From Candidatus Eiseniibacteriota bacterium (GTDB taxonomy: Bacteria > Eisenbacteria > RBG-16-71-46): DNA of 64,000 nucleotides. Position numbers and translations under genes: made by a program. Position 1 is the first letter of the stretch; every line of letters starts with the position of its first letter. The stretch is taken from assembly GCA_963725865.1 (NCBI GenBank), contig CAVSAC010000014.1:320001-384000 (forward strand), written 5' to 3'. Below the pieces are notes generated by a model. It searched no databases. It had not been told where the DNA came from and saw only the letters and a program-made list of their open reading frames with translations. Positions 58,422 to 64,000 of the stretch are shown piece after piece.

Positions 58422-59752
58422 CAGCGGTGGCCCTCCTGGGGACGCGCGGTGGGTAGGATCCAGACGACGGCGCGCCGCTCCGGCACGAGCACCCGGGCGG
58501 CCACGCGCTGCACGTCCGCGGCCGTCAGCGCGCGCACGCGCTCGAGCCGCGCGGCGGGGCCATGCGGATCGCCGCCGGCGATCCACGAGGTCCCCAGCGC
58601 GCGCTCGACGCCGACCGGCGTCTGCCATGCGAACAACAGGTCCACCTCGACCTGACGCTTCGCCGCCTCGAGCTCGTCGTCCGAGACCGGCTCCCGCGCC
58701 GCCGCCTCGATCGCCGCCACGACCTCGCGCTCGGCGCGCGTGGTGTCGAGGAGCGGCGTCGGGCTCGCGAGCAGGTACAGCAATCCGCCCTCGGCACGGG
58801 TGTCGAGCGAGCCCTGCGCGAACTGACACGGCGCGTGTTCCGCGTCGATCAGCAGCCGCTGCACTCGCGAGGTGGAGCCGCCCGTCAGGACGCGCCCCAG
58901 CACCTCCATCGCCGGCGCGTCGGGGTCCGCCAGCCCGGGCGAACGCCAGCCGATCGCCATCACGGCCGCCGAGGCCTCGCCCGTCATCCGTGCGCGGCGC
59001 TCGCCGGGCGTCGGCTGAGGCGCGGGCCGCTCGACCGCCGCCGGCTTGCCCGGCAGCGCGCCGAGCGTGCGCTTCACCGCCGCGAGCGCGGCGGCCGGCT
59101 CGAAGCGTCCGGCCAGCGCCACCACCATGCGACCGGGCACGTAGCGCGCGGCCCGGTAGGCCTGCACCTGCGCGAGCGTGATCCGGTCCAGGTCCTCCTC
59201 GAGCCCGGTCGCCGGCAGTCGATACGGGTGACCGGGATAGGCGGTGGCATAGAGCAGCCGCAGCACGCGACCTACCGCCGTCTGATCCGCGCGACCGCGG
59301 CGTTCGTCGCGCACCGTGCGCCGCGCGAGATCGAGCTTGGGCTTCGTCACCAGCAACCCGCCGAAGCGGTCCGCTTCGAGTCGCAGCAGGGTCTCGAGTG
59401 CCGCCGGCGGCAGGGTCGACTCGAAGCAGGTCTCGTCGGCGGTGGTGAAGGCGCCGAACGTGCCGCCCTCGGCCTGCACGCGCCGCGTGTACTCACCCGG
59501 CCCGTTCCGGGTCGTGCCCATGAACATCAGGCGCTCGATCAGGTGCGTCATGCCGGTGGCCCCGGCGGGCTCGATGCGCGAGCCCGCGCGCACCCAGATT
59601 CCGAGACCGATCGAGGCGGCCGTGGAGTCGGGAGCGAGCAGGACGGTGAGGCCGTTGGGAAGCGTGGTGGCGCGCGCGGCGGCGAACGGATCCGCGGCGT
59701 GCGCCAGCGCGGGCAGCGCGGCGAGCAGCAGCGCGAACAGACGGATGCTCAT
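58421..59752 (-). CDS. M16B peptidase-like subunit with HxxER in place of HxxEH
   Basis: LPNGLTV, GSRIE..G.TGMTHLIERLMF.GT, LEADRF, HPY. Confidence 0.85.
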   Translation of the reverse strand: MSIRLFALLLAALPALAHAADPFAAARATTLPNGLTVLLAPDSTAASIGLGIWVRAGSRIEPAGATGMTHLIERLMFMGTTRNGPGEYTRRVQAEGGTFGAFTTADETCFESTLPPAALETLLRLEADRFGGLLVTKPKLDLARRTVRDERRGRADQTAVGRVLRLLYATAYPGHPYRLPATGLEEDLDRITLAQVQAYRAARYVPGRMVVALAGRFEPAAALAAVKRTLGALPGKPAAVERPAPQPTPGERRARMTGEASAAVMAIGWRSPGLADPDAPAMEVLGRVLTGGSTSRVQRLLIDAEHAPCQFAQGSLDTRAEGGLLYLLASPTPLLDTTRAEREVVAAIEAAAREPVSDDELEAAKRQVEVDLLFAWQTPVGVERALGTSWIAGGDPHGPAARLERVRALTAADVQRVAARVLVPERRAVVWILPTARPQEGHR

Positions 59753-59790
59753 GAGGGATCGCCTTCGATGGGTTGGGGACACGGGTCGGA

Positions 59791-61671
59791 TCAGCGCAGC
59801 GAGACCAGCCGCAGGCCGGAGTGGCGGCCGGCGGCCTCGAGGATGATGAAATACACACCGGACTCCAGTACGTGGCCGCCGCCATCCAGGCCGTCCCAGA
59901 GCACCGACGCGGTCGGTGCGCCGCGCGTGAGGATGCCGGACCACAGCGTCCGCACCGCACGTCCCTGGGTGTCGACCACCCGCAGCTGCGCGCGGGCGCT
60001 CGCCGGACCTTCGGCGCCGAGCGCGAACCGCACCGTGGTGGCGGCCCGGCCCGGCCGCGCCGGGTGCGCCCCGCCGAGTGCGAGCGCGAGGAAGCCGGCG
60101 GGCGGCGTGAGCGGCGGAACGGTGGCGCTGTCGGGCGACCACCGCAGCGCCGCCAGCCCGTCGGGGAGGCCGTGGCCGTACACCGTGTCCGGACTGGCCG
60201 CGCGCGACGCGGTGCGGTAGAGCGACTGGATGATGGTCGTGGCGGGCCAGGCGGGACGCGCCTGGATCAGGCAGGCCGCGAGCCCCGCGGTGATGGGCGT
60301 GGAGAAGGACGTGCCGCTGTTCGTGATGTACGCGTTGACCACTCCGCCCGCCGAGGGCATCGAGTCGCTGACGCCGCGCGCGACCAGGTCGGGCTTGATG
60401 CGGCCGTCGAAGGTCGGGCCGATCGAGGAGAAGGACGCGATGTTGCCGATCGCGTCCACGGCGCCGAGCGTGATCACGCTGTCGCCGTTCGCGTCGCCGG
60501 GGGCGAGGACCTTGTTCTGCGGAAACGGGAACAGGCCCTCGTTGCCGGACGCGGTCACGACCAGGATGCCCTTGCTGGCGGCGATCTCGGCGGCACGCGT
60601 CACGATGGTCGTGTGTCCGTCGCGCATGGGGTACGTGAGGTCGTCCGCCGGATTGTCCATCGCCGCGTAGCCGAGCGAGGACGAGATCACGTCGGCTCCG
60701 AGGCTGTCGGCCCACTCGGCTCCCATGCGCCACCACACCAGCTCCTGGAGCGTCTCGGTGGGATCGTACTCGGTGCGGCCGAGTGCGTAGGTGGCGCCCG
60801 GCGCGGCGCCCACGTACACGCCGGGCTTGTTGCCCGCCATGCAGCTGAACGTCCACATGCCGTGGCGGAACGCGCCGGGGAGCGTGACGGTGTCGACCAC
60901 CACGGAGTCGCCTTCCACGAAGTCGCGCTGGTAGCCCGGCGGCACGAGCGCGTCGCGCGTGGCCTCGTGCTTGTCGTGGAAGTTGAATCCGTTGTCGAGC
61001 ACGCAGATCGTGACCCCGGTCCCGACGTAGCCGGAGTCGTGCACCGCCGGGATGTGGATCTGGCTGAGCTGCGACCAGCTGAAGCCGTACTGGATCGCCT
61101 GCGCGGCCAGTGCGCGATCGCCCGCGACCGACCGCGCCGGCGCCGCGATCTCGGGGCCCGGCGGCGGCGGTGTGGAGACTCGCCCGCGCTCCACCGGCCG
61201 CAACCGCGCGACGTGCGGCAGCGCGGCGAGCTCGGCGAGGCGCGTGCCGGGCAGCCGCACCGCGATCTCGTTTCCCCACCGCGACGCGCCGTACGGCGCG
61301 AGCCCGCGCGCGCGCAGCTCCTCGACGTAGGGGCCGTACACCGGGAGGTCGTCGTAGGACACCAGCGGCCGCAGCCCGGCGCGCAGCCGGCGCGCGCGAT
61401 TGGCGGGCGTGAGTGCCGCCTCGGCCCGCGCCAGCATCGCCGCCAGCTCGGCGGTGTCGTGCTCGCCCTTGTCGGCGAAGCTGACCCACGCCGCGACCGG
61501 CGCGTCGGAATCCAAGCTGGCGACCAGGCGTGGATCGAGCCGCTCCGCCGCCGCTTCGGGCAGCCGGCCCGCGTGAACCGGCGCGCTCGCGAGTGCACCC
61601 ACCAACACGAGCGCCCGGGCGAGGGACCGATGGCCGTGGGCCGGACGTTGGGACCGGAACGGATGCCTCAC
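59791..61671 (-). CDS. Secreted S8 (subtilisin-like) serine peptidase with FlgD-Ig-like C-terminus
   Basis: Triad LDNGF / HGMWT / SGTSFS; GRIKPDLVA.G; WDG.D..G....SGVYF. Confidence 0.9.
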   Translation of the reverse strand: MRHPFRSQRPAHGHRSLARALVLVGALASAPVHAGRLPEAAAERLDPRLVASLDSDAPVAAWVSFADKGEHDTAELAAMLARAEAALTPANRARRLRAGLRPLVSYDDLPVYGPYVEELRARGLAPYGASRWGNEIAVRLPGTRLAELAALPHVARLRPVERGRVSTPPPPGPEIAAPARSVAGDRALAAQAIQYGFSWSQLSQIHIPAVHDSGYVGTGVTICVLDNGFNFHDKHEATRDALVPPGYQRDFVEGDSVVVDTVTLPGAFRHGMWTFSCMAGNKPGVYVGAAPGATYALGRTEYDPTETLQELVWWRMGAEWADSLGADVISSSLGYAAMDNPADDLTYPMRDGHTTIVTRAAEIAASKGILVVTASGNEGLFPFPQNKVLAPGDANGDSVITLGAVDAIGNIASFSSIGPTFDGRIKPDLVARGVSDSMPSAGGVVNAYITNSGTSFSTPITAGLAACLIQARPAWPATTIIQSLYRTASRAASPDTVYGHGLPDGLAALRWSPDSATVPPLTPPAGFLALALGGAHPARPGRAATTVRFALGAEGPASARAQLRVVDTQGRAVRTLWSGILTRGAPTASVLWDGLDGGGHVLESGVYFIILEAAGRHSGLRLVSLR

Positions 61672-61717
61672 GCGATGTCTCTCCCTTCGCCCCGGATGGG
61701 CGGTGTTCGCGGCCTCG

Positions 61718-62731
61718 TCAGGCCGCATGCATCTCGCTGCACACCGCCTCGATCCGACCGACCTCGAGTCCGGCGTGATTCGTCGTCACCGGTCGCGCGA
61801 ACCGCGCGAGGGCCTCCACCTCGTCCTTCGAAAGCACGCCGAGGCGCTCGAGCAGCGCGATGATCGCCGGCGGTGACGCCCGGCGGTCCCCGTCGAGAAC
61901 CTTCACCGCCGCGCCCCAGCCACGGTCCGTCACCGCAACGCACTCCAACCCCTCGGCCCCGATCTTCGACACCAGCCGCCCGCCGGTGCGCTGCATCAGC
62001 ACCGCGCTGAAGCGCCCCACGCCCGACGTCGCGAGCGGATGCGCCGCCATCGCGTCGCGGATGCGCGCCAGCGCCCGTGCCCGCGCATCACCTCCGCGGT
62101 CGGCCGCCGCGAGCACCGCATAGGCGCGCGCGAGGCCCACCAGCGGCGCACCGAACGCCACGACACTGCAGCCATCGACGCCGGTCGCGAGCGACTCGGG
62201 GGGGACCCCGCAGGCCCAGGCGACGCTCTCGCGGATCGCGAGCTGGACCGGATGGTCCGCTCGCGTGTAGCCGACGAGCGGCCAGCCCTCCGAGACGGCC
62301 AGGCACAGCATCCCGGCGTGTTTTCCGGAGCAGTTATTGTACAGCGTCGAGCGCCGTTCCGGATGCTTCCGCAGCAGCTGGGCGGCCTCGCGGTCGAATG
62401 GCTCGTGGAGTCCGCAGGCCAGCTGGTCCGGCGTCAGCCCCATCACGTCGAGCATCCGGGCCACGCGTTCGACGTGCCAGGCGCTTCCGCTGTGGGAGGC
62501 GGCCATCAGGGCCAGTTCCTCGTCGGACCACCCCCAGCGGTCGGCGTGCCCCCGTTCCACCAGCGGAAGGAGTTGGAATGGCTTGGCCGCTGAGCGGAAC
62601 GAGGTCATCCGCCCGGGCTCGGCGGTGGACAGCACCACGCCGCCGTGCCGATCGGTCACGGCGGCGTCGAGTCGATGGCGGGATTCCAGCAACTCCCCGC
62701 GCCACACGTTCACGTCGATCTGAAGGGGCAT
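61718..62731 (-). CDS. L-asparaginase II (Rhizobium AnsA type)
   Basis: RSAAKPFQ, ASHSG, NNCSGKHAGML, DGCS, SKIGAEG, KVLDGD.RA. Confidence 0.88.
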   Translation of the reverse strand: MPLQIDVNVWRGELLESRHRLDAAVTDRHGGVVLSTAEPGRMTSFRSAAKPFQLLPLVERGHADRWGWSDEELALMAASHSGSAWHVERVARMLDVMGLTPDQLACGLHEPFDREAAQLLRKHPERRSTLYNNCSGKHAGMLCLAVSEGWPLVGYTRADHPVQLAIRESVAWACGVPPESLATGVDGCSVVAFGAPLVGLARAYAVLAAADRGGDARARALARIRDAMAAHPLATSGVGRFSAVLMQRTGGRLVSKIGAEGLECVAVTDRGWGAAVKVLDGDRRASPPAIIALLERLGVLSKDEVEALARFARPVTTNHAGLEVGRIEAVCSEMHAA

Positions 62732-62778
62732 GGGCGGATCGCGAAAGTCCGGGGCCCGCATGACGCGGGCCCCCGCCG

Positions 62779-63885
62779 TCAGCGGATGACGACCAGCCGG
62801 CTCTGGAAGGTGAAAGTCCCGGATTCCACGCGGTACATGTAGATGCCCGAGGCAACGGACTGGCCGTCCTGGTTGGTCAGGTCCCAGCGCTCGAAGTCGC
62901 GCACCCGGTCGCTGTGCTGGAGGGTTCTCACCAGGTCACCGGCGATCGTGTAGATCTTGATCGTCGAGCGCACGGGCAGGTTCGTGAAGTGGACTTCGTT
63001 CCCGCCCTGGGGATCCCACGGCGCGCGACCGCGATAGGGATTCGGCACCACTCCGACGCGCTCGAGATTCACCGTCGGGCCGCCGGTGGGCTCCACGTAG
63101 GTCGAGATGAGGTTGGTCGCCTTGGTATTGAGATTCGGGCAGGTGCCCGGGTTCCCCGGGATCCCGCAGCGTGACCAGTCCGAGGTGTCGGGAACGAACA
63201 GGTCCTCGTAGGTCCTGTCACGCCGGTTGTACGCCTCGTAGGTGATCGCGTACCAGGTGCGGAACCCGTCGTGCGGCCCCGGCGGCGCTTTCAGCACCAT
63301 CACCGAATCACCGATGGTCAGGCAGCGGCCCAGGTTGTCGACCCGGCGACACTCCTTCACGAAGGCGCCGTTCGAGTCGGGATCGACGAAGGCGACGATG
63401 CTGTCGTGCATGACCTGCCCCTGGCATATGAACTGGAGGTAGCGCGAGCTGCTCGGGGAGGAGTCCACGACCGAGAAGTGCCAAGATAGGAGGGTGTCGT
63501 CGTCCTGCCGGGAGAAGCGGCGGATCAGGACCATCGAGGCGGTATCCGGCCGATTCGTGACGCGATAGATGCGATAGCCTCCGAAGTCCGACCGAGCTTC
63601 CGCGCGGCGATCGCGCTTGAAGCGGACGGTGATCGCCCGGGCATCCTCGCGGACGCTGTCGGGCAGCGGCCCCGCGAACGAGCCGGGGCAGCGGTAGTTC
63701 TGGATCAACGTGCTGTCCTGGAAATGCCCGGGAAAGGCGCACACCGCGATGCGGGGGAACGGCAGCACGCTGTCGGGGAAGCAGTGGATCTGGGCGAACG
63801 CGGGCGCGCTGGCGCCGGCCCCGAGGGCCAGCGCCAGCACCGCACCGAACAGGAATCGACGGCACGGCCTATTGAACATGCTCAT
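62779..63885 (-). CDS. Secreted Cys-rich protein with T9SS/FlgD-like C-terminal domain
   Basis: Signal peptide; FGGYRIYR; VVPNPY...FTNLP...IKIYT.AGDLVRTL...WDL.N..G..VASGIY. Confidence 0.7.
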   Translation of the reverse strand: MSMFNRPCRRFLFGAVLALALGAGASAPAFAQIHCFPDSVLPFPRIAVCAFPGHFQDSTLIQNYRCPGSFAGPLPDSVREDARAITVRFKRDRRAEARSDFGGYRIYRVTNRPDTASMVLIRRFSRQDDDTLLSWHFSVVDSSPSSSRYLQFICQGQVMHDSIVAFVDPDSNGAFVKECRRVDNLGRCLTIGDSVMVLKAPPGPHDGFRTWYAITYEAYNRRDRTYEDLFVPDTSDWSRCGIPGNPGTCPNLNTKATNLISTYVEPTGGPTVNLERVGVVPNPYRGRAPWDPQGGNEVHFTNLPVRSTIKIYTIAGDLVRTLQHSDRVRDFERWDLTNQDGQSVASGIYMYRVESGTFTFQSRLVVIR

Positions 63886-64000
63886 TCATCACTCCCCGAA
63901 TGGGCTGCCGTGGCGGCCGCCGGAACCGCGGTTCCGCTACGACCTGTGGGGACGGCTCGAGCTGCACCCGTGGCCGGGGACCAGACTCTGGGAGCACCAG

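Overview
High-GC bacterial chromosome segment. The many secreted proteins with FlgD-Ig/T9SS-like C-terminal domains suggest an FCB-group organism such as Ca. Eisenbacteria (inference). Most genes lie on the minus strand. Housekeeping content: larE, mltG, ruvX, rsbW-like, rluD, lspA, dksA-like, PNP, yggU/yggT/yggS, tmRNA, ssb, tRNA-Pro/Arg/His/Leu, pyk, rdgB, rph, murI, an amidase, smpB, split transketolase, an aspartate aminotransferase, ppdK, M16 and S8 peptidases, and asparaginase II. The standout feature is three paralogous two-gene modules. Each has a conserved non-coding leader, a secreted GH32/GH43-like propeller protein with a near-constant N-terminus and variable remainder (gene A), and a secreted 14-blade beta-propeller protein (gene B). 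Two modules are stacked in tandem behind the aminotransferase gene, and each is closed by a 5'-truncated, still-open direct-repeat copy of that gene's 3' end. No integrase or transposase is present. Both stacked modules carry a G11 tract in a putative promoter. This resembles a recombination-fed, possibly phase-variable cassette array of surface proteins. Start codons were chosen by eye and no database searches were run.
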